Assembly (NCBI GenBank): GCA_041660885.1
Contig: JBAZVM010000003.1
Span: 38,894-102,893 of the forward strand
DNA: 64,000 nucleotides
Source of the DNA: Patescibacteria group bacterium
GTDB lineage: Bacteria > Patescibacteriota > Patescibacteriia > UBA9570 > JAHJKD01
Direction: 5' to 3'
The notes under the pieces were generated by a model. It made no database searches, was not told where the DNA came from, and worked only from the letters and a program-made list of their open reading frames with translations. A program made the position numbers and the translations under genes. The first letter of the stretch is position 1, and each line of letters begins with the position of its first letter. Shown here piece after piece: positions 18,025 to 26,779 of this stretch.

Positions 18025-19797
18025 ATGAAGAAAATTTTAACGTGTGGATTTTTTTTAGCTAGTTTGATAGCGTTACCGGTTTTTGCGGCAGATTTTTACG
18101 TGGATGGCGATAATGGCAATGATATCACCGGTACCGGCGAATCTACGGCGCCATATAAATCAATTACTCAAGCCGTTTCCGCTATGGCTGGCGGCGATAC
18201 TGTTTATTGCAAAGGCACTGTAACAGATGGCACTATCACTCTTACTAATACTGTTTCGGGAACGGCTGATGATTATACAACTATTACCGCTTGGCCTGGT
18301 TATGCGCCAATAATTGACGCTACTGGAAACGCGTCTGCTTTTATTTTGGGCCAAGTAAGTTATCTTAAAATAAGTAATTTAAATATTACAGGCGCTGCTA
18401 ATTATGGCATTTATAGCGCCGGGGGCGTTCTTTCGGAATATATAGAAATTTCCGAAAATAATATTTACGGTTTGCAAGCGGGCGCACTGGTCCTTCCGAT
18501 ATTTTTAACAGACAATAATTACGTAACGATAGAAGGCAACGAAATATATGGCGACGGCGATGATAATTATGGAATTGGCTTGGAAACAACGACCAATGTT
18601 GTCATAGAAAAAAATAAAATTCATGATTTTGTCAGGCTGGGCATAGCATCAGACGAAGATTGCTCGATTTTAACTATAAAAAATAATTTAATATATAATA
18701 TTTCAGGCGATCCGGGGTATACTTGGAATAGCGGAATTGTTCTTAGTGAAACTTCTTTTGCAGAGATTAACAACAACACTATTTACAATACCTACAGCGA
18801 TGCCGTAAATATATCTGGCATTATGATTTTAACTCTGGGCGGAACTCCCGGCTATAATACAACAGTTAAAAATAATATAATTCATACGTCTAATTACGGT
18901 GTTATGGTAACAGATGATTCACGCACTGGTTTTTCTTCCGATTACAATGATTTTTATAATGTAACCATGATCGGTTACTGGAACAGCTTTAATCAAAGCA
19001 CTTTAACAGAGTGGCAAGACGCCTCAAACGCGGACGATCATTCGATAATAGTAGATCCTTTATTAACTTCTACCACGGCCGGCGCGGAAGATTTTCATTT
19101 GCGAGCTACTTCACCGTGTATTGATGCCGGCCAAGATAATTCCGTCGTGACTGATGATTACGATTCCGAGCCCAGGCCTTTTGTTTATACTGATATTGGC
19201 GCGGATGAGCGACCGGTTATATCTAGCACGCCCAGTGCTTTGGCTGCCGTGCCCCAAATAAAAAAAGCGGATCTTTCATGGGCTATGAACGGCGCTTATG
19301 GTGTTACTGAATATAATATTAAGATAGGGACACTGGAAGATTTAAGTGATGCAACAATCACGAATATAACCACCACGACCAATGAGACTGCGCTAACAGG
19401 TTTAAAACCCGCAGAAACATATTATTATACGGTTCAAGCCGTATATAGCACTGATTATCAAGAATATTTGTCAGACTACTCCGACATTGCAAATTTTATT
19501 ACTTATCCTAAGAAAGTAGGGTATGTAAAAGTTCCGGTCAGCACCAGAGGATCTACCAGCGTGACAGCTAAATGGAGAAAACAAAATCGCGTGACCGGCT
19601 ATGCCATTAGATTAATGGATAAGAAAGGACGCTTGATTCGCTATATTGATGTTAATACCAATAAAAAGAAAAAAGAAATTACCGGTTTAACACCAGGGAA
19701 AAAGTATAAAATTCAAGTCAGATCCGAATTAAAAGATGGATACAATATATATGTTAGCAAATGGAGCAAAATAAAATCTTTTAAAACAAAAAATTAA
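18025..19797 (+). CDS. Secreted beta-helix/FN3 protein (paralog 5 of 7)
   Basis: ADFYVDGDNGNDITGTGE..PYKSITQAV..GGDTVYCKGT; DFHLRATSPCIDAG..DDYDSEPRPFVYTDIGADE; basic FN3 ending WSKIKSFKTKN. Confidence 0.8.
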   Translation: MKKILTCGFFLASLIALPVFAADFYVDGDNGNDITGTGESTAPYKSITQAVSAMAGGDTVYCKGTVTDGTITLTNTVSGTADDYTTITAWPGYAPIIDATGNASAFILGQVSYLKISNLNITGAANYGIYSAGGVLSEYIEISENNIYGLQAGALVLPIFLTDNNYVTIEGNEIYGDGDDNYGIGLETTTNVVIEKNKIHDFVRLGIASDEDCSILTIKNNLIYNISGDPGYTWNSGIVLSETSFAEINNNTIYNTYSDAVNISGIMILTLGGTPGYNTTVKNNIIHTSNYGVMVTDDSRTGFSSDYNDFYNVTMIGYWNSFNQSTLTEWQDASNADDHSIIVDPLLTSTTAGAEDFHLRATSPCIDAGQDNSVVTDDYDSEPRPFVYTDIGADERPVISSTPSALAAVPQIKKADLSWAMNGAYGVTEYNIKIGTLEDLSDATITNITTTTNETALTGLKPAETYYYTVQAVYSTDYQEYLSDYSDIANFITYPKKVGYVKVPVSTRGSTSVTAKWRKQNRVTGYAIRLMDKKGRLIRYIDVNTNKKKKEITGLTPGKKYKIQVRSELKDGYNIYVSKWSKIKSFKTKN

Positions 19798-19810
19798 TTT
19801 TAATAATAAT

Positions 19811-21565
19811 ATGAAAAAATTATTACTCTGCGGAATAATATTTTCCGCTTTAATGGCTTTGCCGGCATTCGCGGCAGATTATTATGTAGACGGAGACGCG
19901 GGTAATGATCTAACTGGTTTGGGAACGGCAACGGCTCCATATCAAACCGTTACTAAAGCCGTTTCCGTAATGTCTGGCGGAGATACGGTTTATTGCAAAG
20001 GAACAATTATTGATTCAGTTACAATTGATGCTACCAAATCGGGCACCGCGGACAATCCAACTGTTTTTACTAGTTGGGAGGGATCTACTGGAATTATAGA
20101 CGGTAATAGTGCCGCTATCACCATGCAGGTTTCCGGCGATTATATTACAATACAGGGTTTAAGTATTGGGAATGGGACAAGCTATAGTTTAATATCGGTT
20201 GGAAACTATAATTATATCCATGAAAATACTTTTTTCTCTTCATCCGGAATAGCCACCTCTGTTAGCGTATACATGCAAAGTGGCACTAACGCAATTTTCA
20301 GCCATAATACGGTTTTTGGCGATGGAGATGATAATTTTGGTGTTTATTTACATGCCTCGCCTAACGCTTTAATAGAAAACAATACAGTTTACGGTTTTAA
20401 TAAATTTGGCGTTGCTTTGGAACAGGGATGCACAGACAGCGTAGTGAAAAATAATATAATATATAATATTGGCAGCGCTGATGTCTATACTTGGCCCGCC
20501 GCGTTAATAATTGCCGATGATCATGATATTCAAATAATTAATAACACTTTCTATAATACTTATAATGCCACTGTTAATTTTCCAGCTATTCGTCTTACAG
20601 AGCTTGGTATAGCGCAAACTTACGATATCACCATTAAGAATAATATATTTCATACGGCGAATATCGGCGTTTACGCGGATAGCGGAAGTTTTACCGGATC
20701 TAATTGCGATTATAATGATTATTATAATATTACTACGCATGGTTCCGTCGATGGAACGAATTATGCCACATTTGCCGAATGGCAGGGCTATTCCACCAAT
20801 GATGTTCATTCTTTAAATAGTGATCCATTATTCGTTTCAACCGCAACCGGCGCGCTCGACTCTCATTTGCAAGGTACTTCGCCAGCTATTGATGCCGGAA
20901 TCGATATAAGCGGATTAACAACGGATTACGATAATGAAACAAGGCCTTATAATATAACTGATATCGGCGCGGATGAGAGACCGGTTCTAAGCGTCACGCC
21001 GAATAATTTGCATGCCGTACCGTCTGTTAAAAATGCGGATATTTCTTGGGAAATGGATAGCAGTTATGCTGTTACCAGTTATAATGTAAAAATCGGTAAA
21101 TTAGATGATTTAAGCGATGGCGTGGTAGGTTCTCTTAACAGCGCGGATACTTCTTTAAATAACGCCGGCTTAAAACCCGCGCAAAAGTATTATTACGCGG
21201 TACAAGCTATTTACGCTACTGATTATCAAGAATATATATCTGATTATTCTAGCATCGCCAGTTTTTATACATATCCAAAAAAAGTTACGGAAGTGAAAGT
21301 GCCTGAAGCAAAGATTACTTCTACCAGCGCGCGCATTAAATGGAAGAAGCAAAACAGAGTTACCGGCTATACGGTAAAATTAATGGATAAGGATAAGCAT
21401 TTAATAAAATATTTTTCTGTTGATAGCGGCGATCATGCCACGGAGATAACCAATTTAAATTCGGACAAGAAATATAAAATTAAAGTCCGGTCAGAGAATA
21501 AAGTGGGGCAGACGATTTATGTGAGTAAATGGAGCAAGATCAAAACTTTCAGAACCGCGAATTAG
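19811..21565 (+). CDS. Secreted beta-helix/FN3 protein (paralog 6 of 7)
   Basis: ADYYVDGDAGNDLTGLGT..PYQTVTKAV..GGDTVYCKGT; SHLQGTSPAIDAG..TDYDNETRPYNITDIGADE; basic FN3 ending WSKIKTFRTAN. Confidence 0.8.
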   Translation: MKKLLLCGIIFSALMALPAFAADYYVDGDAGNDLTGLGTATAPYQTVTKAVSVMSGGDTVYCKGTIIDSVTIDATKSGTADNPTVFTSWEGSTGIIDGNSAAITMQVSGDYITIQGLSIGNGTSYSLISVGNYNYIHENTFFSSSGIATSVSVYMQSGTNAIFSHNTVFGDGDDNFGVYLHASPNALIENNTVYGFNKFGVALEQGCTDSVVKNNIIYNIGSADVYTWPAALIIADDHDIQIINNTFYNTYNATVNFPAIRLTELGIAQTYDITIKNNIFHTANIGVYADSGSFTGSNCDYNDYYNITTHGSVDGTNYATFAEWQGYSTNDVHSLNSDPLFVSTATGALDSHLQGTSPAIDAGIDISGLTTDYDNETRPYNITDIGADERPVLSVTPNNLHAVPSVKNADISWEMDSSYAVTSYNVKIGKLDDLSDGVVGSLNSADTSLNNAGLKPAQKYYYAVQAIYATDYQEYISDYSSIASFYTYPKKVTEVKVPEAKITSTSARIKWKKQNRVTGYTVKLMDKDKHLIKYFSVDSGDHATEITNLNSDKKYKIKVRSENKVGQTIYVSKWSKIKTFRTAN

Positions 21566-21568
21566 CTT

Positions 21569-21678
21569 TTAAAATCCAAGTAAACTTTTACTTCTTTATT
21601 CACTTTGCTCCACTTGATCTGCAAATCGCTTCCTTTAAAAGCGCGAGAGAGCTGCCGGCCGATGCTGACGGCTCTTTT
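21569..21678 (-). repeat. 110-bp direct repeat copy 1: orphan duplicate of the 3' end of the 130-aa gene (partner 23292-23401)
   Basis: ttaaaatccaagtaaacttttacttctttattcactttgctccac...gctgccggccgatgctgacggctctttt matches 23292-23401 with about 4 mismatches. Here it has no upstream coding continuation, so it is a gene-end remnant. Confidence 0.85.
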
Positions 21679-21784
21679 TGCGTCCGTGGGGCAGTTCTAC
21701 GAAGACTTTGATCAGGTGGAAGAGGGGGGGGGTGCCGGAAATTACTAAAGTCTAAGTAAAAATTTCACTTCTTTGCCTGCATTG

Positions 21785-23251
21785 TTACTGAATTTGGGAG
21801 GTTATTAAAAATATTCGATACTGTTCCAACAAATATTTTTCCAATTCCTTTTGATTTAATTCAGACAAATCAATATCGGTATGTTGAGGGAGATAAGATT
21901 TGAATTTTTCTAAGTTAGCAATCGAAGTAGGCTCATGTGCCAGACGCTCAATTATTCCTGTATCACGTTTTTGGTAATATTTTTCATACAAATCAGCTAA
22001 TAATGTACGATTATTGGCAACTAATCGTAATTTTCTTAAATATTTATTGGGTGTTAAATCAATATCTGTAATACCAGCTATTTGATAGGTATAACCATCA
22101 TAATTTACTCTTTTACCGGGTTCGTTTAAATCAGCACTAAAAATATATACTTCAGGTAAATCATCATCCCATTCTAATCCTTCATATCCTAATATGCGAT
22201 CTATTATAACTAAATATCTGCCTAGAACGTCCTTTATTTTCGCACCAACAGTAAGTGCCGAATAAGCATTCGGTCCTCTTTCTATTGATCCGATTGGAAC
22301 TGCAACTAAGCCTTGTGGAGCTCCTTCGGATACGTTCGTTATATGCCCTTTCAGTAAATAATAAAAACCACGAGGAGATAATAAAACATCTGAGTGCGAC
22401 TTTAAAGATGTTGAAGAACGTTCATCAGTGGCACTGACCCCCATTCCTTTGTCATGTGGTTTATTGCTTTCACCGTGAATATTCATATTTATATAATCTA
22501 TTCCTTTACCCCGTTTTTCTTGCTCGATTAATCGTTTTTTTGTAGCATTATCAAGAGTACGCATGCCATTTCTTTTTCGCACGGCGTTCAACCAATATTC
22601 ATCCTCGCTTCTAGTAATTATTTCACTAGTTTTAATATATTTTTTTGCCATGTCGTATAATTCTGCCCCTGTCCAAAGTGATTCACTTGAATCGATGCCA
22701 CGATAATCACCTAAATCCGATGCAAAATTTAATCTGGTGTAATAATTGTATGGAATCATTGAGTTTGGGTATTGGTAAAAGTTGTTAATACTGTCTTTAT
22801 ATTTTAAAAGGAGCGCTTCTAACTGCTGGGGCGCGATATGCCCGCGCACTCCTTTAACCGCGTCGAATCCGCAAAAAGGGCAACCATGAGAACAGCCAAA
22901 AGTCGGTTGGATGGATAATCTGTTAGTAAAAAGAAAATGCAGTTGATCCGCCGTAAACCGCTGTTCCAGCGCTATGGGTAATTCGCTGTTACTCCAGGCT
23001 TCGCCGTATTTATCGGCAAATATCCTATCAATAGCTTGTTTGACTATATTTGGAAAATATTTTTCATAATAACTGGCTATGGCCACATTGCGTGGATCGT
23101 TAAAAGATTGTTCCAAATACGCCTCTAATGCCCCTTCTTTTTCTATAAGACGGCGGAATAGATCTGCCATTTCTTTAGGGGTAAGCAGATAAAGATCCTG
23201 CTGCATCAAAGCTTGAATTTCTTGGCGCGGTGTACGACCTTCATGCGACAT
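21785..23251 (-). CDS. Hypothetical protein with a radical-SAM-like CX3CX2C cluster motif (488 aa)
   Basis: Long ORF. QPTFGCSHGCPFCGFDAV (about 22860-22915) has the G-C-x3-C-P-F-C spacing seen in radical SAM/activase cluster loops. No other domain was recognised by eye. Confidence 0.45.
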   Translation of the reverse strand: MSHEGRTPRQEIQALMQQDLYLLTPKEMADLFRRLIEKEGALEAYLEQSFNDPRNVAIASYYEKYFPNIVKQAIDRIFADKYGEAWSNSELPIALEQRFTADQLHFLFTNRLSIQPTFGCSHGCPFCGFDAVKGVRGHIAPQQLEALLLKYKDSINNFYQYPNSMIPYNYYTRLNFASDLGDYRGIDSSESLWTGAELYDMAKKYIKTSEIITRSEDEYWLNAVRKRNGMRTLDNATKKRLIEQEKRGKGIDYINMNIHGESNKPHDKGMGVSATDERSSTSLKSHSDVLLSPRGFYYLLKGHITNVSEGAPQGLVAVPIGSIERGPNAYSALTVGAKIKDVLGRYLVIIDRILGYEGLEWDDDLPEVYIFSADLNEPGKRVNYDGYTYQIAGITDIDLTPNKYLRKLRLVANNRTLLADLYEKYYQKRDTGIIERLAHEPTSIANLEKFKSYLPQHTDIDLSELNQKELEKYLLEQYRIFLITSQIQ

Positions 23252-23260
23252 AGAATACGT

Positions 23261-23653
23261 TTAATTGTCAGACGGGGAGTGCCGGACGTTATTAAAATCC
23301 AAGTAAACTTTTACTTCTTTATTCACTTTGCTCCACGTAATCTGCAAATCGCTTCCTTTGAAAGCGCGAGAGAGCTGCCGGCCGATGCTGACGGCTCTTT
23401 TCGGTTCGGTAAAATGAAAGATGATTTTATTTTCGCCTTTTTCGGTTTTACCGCGCTCGTTTTCACGGGTATGATTATCGATTAAATTAAATATTTCGTT
23501 TTGATTGGGTATGTTTTGGTAATTCGTTAAAATCAGTTCATTGGGTAAAATATTTTCCGGAAAATTTTTAGTTTTTTCCTGGCGGCCTCGCACCATGGAT
23601 TCTTTTTCCCTGATGTCTTTGCGCGTGAGCTTAGCTGGCTTGAAAAATGGCAT
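23261..23653 (-). CDS. Hypothetical 130-aa basic protein, upstream partner of the radical-SAM-like gene
   Basis: ORF ends 9 nt before the downstream minus-strand gene. Its last ~37 codons (..KRAVSIGRQLSRAFKGSDLQITWSKVNKEVKVYLDF..) are the sequence duplicated at 21569-21678. Confidence 0.6.
   Translation of the reverse strand: MPFFKPAKLTRKDIREKESMVRGRQEKTKNFPENILPNELILTNYQNIPNQNEIFNLIDNHTRENERGKTEKGENKIIFHFTEPKRAVSIGRQLSRAFKGSDLQITWSKVNKEVKVYLDFNNVRHSPSDN
23292..23401 (-). repeat. 110-bp direct repeat copy 2 (inside the 3' end of the 130-aa gene)
   Basis: See 21569-21678. Confidence 0.85.
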
Positions 23654-23678
23654 ACAAATAGAAGTTAAATAATTAATG

Positions 23679-23687
23679 TGCTATAAT
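23679..23687 (+). promoter_or_regulatory. Extended -10 promoter element (TGcTATAAT) for paralog 7
   Basis: tgtgcTATAAT at 23677-23687, 34 nt upstream of the ATG at 23721. It is the same 11-mer as at 10485-10495. Confidence 0.4.
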
Positions 23688-23720
23688 TTTAGCATAAAAT
23701 AAACTTAAATACTAATTACT

Positions 23721-25439
23721 ATGAAAAGAATTATTGTATTTACGGGGATTCTCATTATCTCTCTATTTTTAGTTAAAACCGGCTATGCCGCCGAGTATTA
23801 CATTGACGCCGCATCAGGCAACGATGCCAATGCCGGATCAGAGAGCGCCCCTTGGCAGAGTTTAAGCAAAATCAATTCTATCACCGGAGGAGATACGGTT
23901 TATTTAAAAGGCGATTTTGTTATTACCAGCCAAATTGATATTACTTCAGCTGTTTCCGGAACTTCATCTGATTATACAAGTATTAACATATGGCCCGGCT
24001 ATAACGCTCTCATTGATATAGCGCCAGATATATATAATCTAAACATACAAGCCAGTTATTTGGATATAAACAATTTGCAATTTCATAATAACGGCACATT
24101 GGCTGCCAATGGAAACGCAATAACATTGGCCGATGGCATTCAATATATTATAATTGACCATTGCAATTTCAGCGATGCGCAAAACGCCATTTATGGAGAT
24201 GGAACAGTCGGTGGTGGAATTTCCGAAGTGGAAATATCAGCCAATTGGTTTACCGGCAACTATAATGGAATAAAGTTAGACTATACTTCCAATGCCGATG
24301 TTTACAAAAATTATTTTTACAATAATAGCAATTATGGAGCCGATACTACTTATACTGATAATGTTTTAATAAACAATAATATTTTTTATTATAATAGGCA
24401 TGGAATTATTGAAGGGGGCAGTGCGGATTTGAAAATTTTGAACAATACTTTTTATCATAATACTTCTTATGGCATCGGGACTGAAATAACCACCAGCGTT
24501 TTAATTAAAAATAATATATTTGATAGCAATGATTATGCCTTGCTAAATATCCTGGGCACTAGTTTTGTAACCGATAATAATTTATTCAATAACAATAATT
24601 TCATCGGCGGCAGCGGTTTTCCTATTATAGATTATTCCGATTTATCTTCTTGGCAGGCGCTGGGTTTTGACGCCTCTTCTTTGGAAGGCGATCCCGTTTT
24701 TACATCCATTGCCAGCGGAACCGAAGATTTTAATTTATTAGCCGGTTCCCCGGCCATAGATAGCGGTTCGGATTTATCCGCTTATTTTTCGAGCGATTAT
24801 GCAAATTCGCCGCGGCCGCAAGGAAGCGCCTTTGATATCGGCGCATACGAGTATACTTCTCCGCCAACAAATTTAACTGCGGTTAATACTCAGGCAAAAG
24901 ATTTGACTTTGACATGGGATGCTTCTTGCACAAGTTGCACATATTCCTTGGCTTATTCTACGGTGGCAGATTTTTCCGCCAATGTTAATACAGTGGAAAA
25001 TATTTTAACAACCACGCAATTGGTTGACGGTTTAAAATCAGCCAAACAATATTATTGGAAAATAAAATCTAATAATGGTATTTATGATTCAGAATATACT
25101 TCCGTGTTAACCGCGCCAACAAAACCAAGCCAAGTGAAACAACTCCATATTAATAACATTACTAATAACGAGGCTGATTCAGAATGGGCAAAACAAAAGC
25201 GAGTAAAGCATTATATTGTGGCGTTAATGGACAGTAACCGCCATGTTCTCAGGAGAATAACTGTGCAAATCAGCCAATCTTATTTAACGGGCTCGGCTCG
25301 AAAAGTAAAAAAGACCATTACTCATCTTTCAGCTGATAAGGAATACAAGATAAAAGTGCGCGCAAAACGAAAAATGAATGGAACTTGGTATAAAGGAAAA
25401 TGGAGTGATGTAAAAACATTTGATACTTTAAGCAATTAA
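23721..25439 (+). CDS. Secreted beta-helix/FN3 protein (paralog 7 of 7, most divergent)
   Basis: AEYYIDAASGNDANAGSE..PWQSLSKI..GGDTVYLKGD; NN(I/T)FY beta-helix turns; DFNLLAGSPAIDSG...FDIGAYE; basic FN3 ending WSDVKTFDTLSN. Confidence 0.8.
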   Translation: MKRIIVFTGILIISLFLVKTGYAAEYYIDAASGNDANAGSESAPWQSLSKINSITGGDTVYLKGDFVITSQIDITSAVSGTSSDYTSINIWPGYNALIDIAPDIYNLNIQASYLDINNLQFHNNGTLAANGNAITLADGIQYIIIDHCNFSDAQNAIYGDGTVGGGISEVEISANWFTGNYNGIKLDYTSNADVYKNYFYNNSNYGADTTYTDNVLINNNIFYYNRHGIIEGGSADLKILNNTFYHNTSYGIGTEITTSVLIKNNIFDSNDYALLNILGTSFVTDNNLFNNNNFIGGSGFPIIDYSDLSSWQALGFDASSLEGDPVFTSIASGTEDFNLLAGSPAIDSGSDLSAYFSSDYANSPRPQGSAFDIGAYEYTSPPTNLTAVNTQAKDLTLTWDASCTSCTYSLAYSTVADFSANVNTVENILTTTQLVDGLKSAKQYYWKIKSNNGIYDSEYTSVLTAPTKPSQVKQLHINNITNNEADSEWAKQKRVKHYIVALMDSNRHVLRRITVQISQSYLTGSARKVKKTITHLSADKEYKIKVRAKRKMNGTWYKGKWSDVKTFDTLSN

Positions 25440-25440
25440 A

Positions 25441-26778
25441 ATGAAAAAAATATTTTTAGTATTTGGATTAGCCATAGGATTAATTCTACCGCTTGCCGGC
25501 CGCGCGGTTGGCGAGGATATTTGGGTGATAGAAACAGGAGGAGAGGGGACTTTCGTTTCTCTGCTTGGAACAAATTATAACGTAACCACAAAAACAACAG
25601 ACGAAATAAAGTTGGGTATTTCTTCAGACGTGGAATTATTAATATATCCGGGAGGCTTGTTGCCGATAACCCAAGCGCAAGACGCTGATTTGCAGGCCGC
25701 TATTTTGGATTATGTTAATAATGGCGGCAATTATTTCGGCAGCTGCGGGGGTTCTATTCCCGGCGCGCAACAATTAACTTATGATTATGGAGTTTTAGAT
25801 ATGATTGGATTAGTTCAAGTGGATGCTATAGATTATTTAGATTGGTTTACCACTGTTTCTTATACAGATGGTTTTGTTTTTAACGATAATACGGAAATAA
25901 ACGGAGAATATGCCAGCGGCACGCACTGGCTAACTTATAGCGGCGGCCCCGCTTTTGATATAGTGTCCGGTTATGAGAATGATATTGAAGTGCTCGCTAC
26001 TTACGCGGCCAATTTTAATAGCGCTCAGACCAGCCATTATGAAGTGCAAGGAAAAGCGGCTATTGTTTCCACAGCTTATGGATTAGGAAAAGTAATTTTA
26101 TGCGCGCCGCATCCGGAAAGCGACAGCAGTACGCAATTTATTTTTGACAACATGGTCACTTGGTTGCTTACGGCAACAGATTACACGCCGGAGCAAACGC
26201 AAAACGTACAAGTGAAAAAAATTAAATCAAATCAAGTAAAAGTAAAATGGGATACGCAAGCCGATACCTCGCAATACCAGATAAAAGTGAGAAACAAAAA
26301 GGGGAAGGTGGTTTTTTCCGGTAAGACTACTAATGATTATATTTTCGTCAATCCATTAAAAAAGGGAAAGAATTATTCCGTTAAAGTGCGTGCCATTGGT
26401 TTTTATGAACAGCCCGGGCCTTGGTCGGAAAAAATTTCATTCAAAACTAAATCTTGGCGTTATTATCATAACATTCCCTATTCTTTTAATTTGAAATTTT
26501 CTAAAGAGTGGAAAGGTTTAAAAGTAAAAAAGAGTGTCCAGGATTACGGAACGGTTTTACATTTTAGATTGCCCACAACTTCCGAGTATTATCCGCATGG
26601 TTATGCCACCATGTTTTCTATTATCGTTTACACTAAAGATCAATGGGCCGGAGAAGATTCTCTAGCCGAGAGTGATGATTATGTATTTTCGTGGTCTCAT
26701 GTGCATGATGCGCCGATTGGTCTAACTGCTCGTATGCAGGAAACGGAAAGTATCATAGATACTTTTAAACTTGATTGA
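25441..26778 (+). CDS. Secreted protein: class-I-GATase-like (BPL_N-type) domain, basic FN3 module, and an unknown C-terminal domain
   Basis: Signal peptide; LLIYPGG...NNGGNYFGSCGGS...GKVILCAPHPE resembles the BPL_N/GATase1-like fold; an internal FN3 (QVKKIKSNQVKVKWD..YQIKVRNKKGK..YSVKVRAIG..WSEKISFKTK). The start overlaps the stop region of paralog 7. Confidence 0.6.
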   Translation: MKKIFLVFGLAIGLILPLAGRAVGEDIWVIETGGEGTFVSLLGTNYNVTTKTTDEIKLGISSDVELLIYPGGLLPITQAQDADLQAAILDYVNNGGNYFGSCGGSIPGAQQLTYDYGVLDMIGLVQVDAIDYLDWFTTVSYTDGFVFNDNTEINGEYASGTHWLTYSGGPAFDIVSGYENDIEVLATYAANFNSAQTSHYEVQGKAAIVSTAYGLGKVILCAPHPESDSSTQFIFDNMVTWLLTATDYTPEQTQNVQVKKIKSNQVKVKWDTQADTSQYQIKVRNKKGKVVFSGKTTNDYIFVNPLKKGKNYSVKVRAIGFYEQPGPWSEKISFKTKSWRYYHNIPYSFNLKFSKEWKGLKVKKSVQDYGTVLHFRLPTTSEYYPHGYATMFSIIVYTKDQWAGEDSLAESDDYVFSWSHVHDAPIGLTARMQETESIIDTFKLD

Positions 26779-26779
26779 T

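Noticed and set aside
21529-21711. Plus-strand ORFs 21529-21711 and 23213-23485, which share the peptide IQVNFYFFIHFAP..LQIASF.SARELPADADGSF
   Set aside because: Their similarity only reflects the 110-bp direct repeat. The sequence is the antisense of the genuine 3' end of the 130-aa minus-strand gene, so these are not a conserved protein pair.
10905-25439. The ~1.77-kb periodicity of similar sequence, considered as a possible tandem DNA repeat, satellite or CRISPR-like array
   Set aside because: The period equals whole protein-coding genes with intact signal peptides and domains. There are no short direct repeats with unique spacers, so this is a paralogous gene array and not a CRISPR array or satellite.
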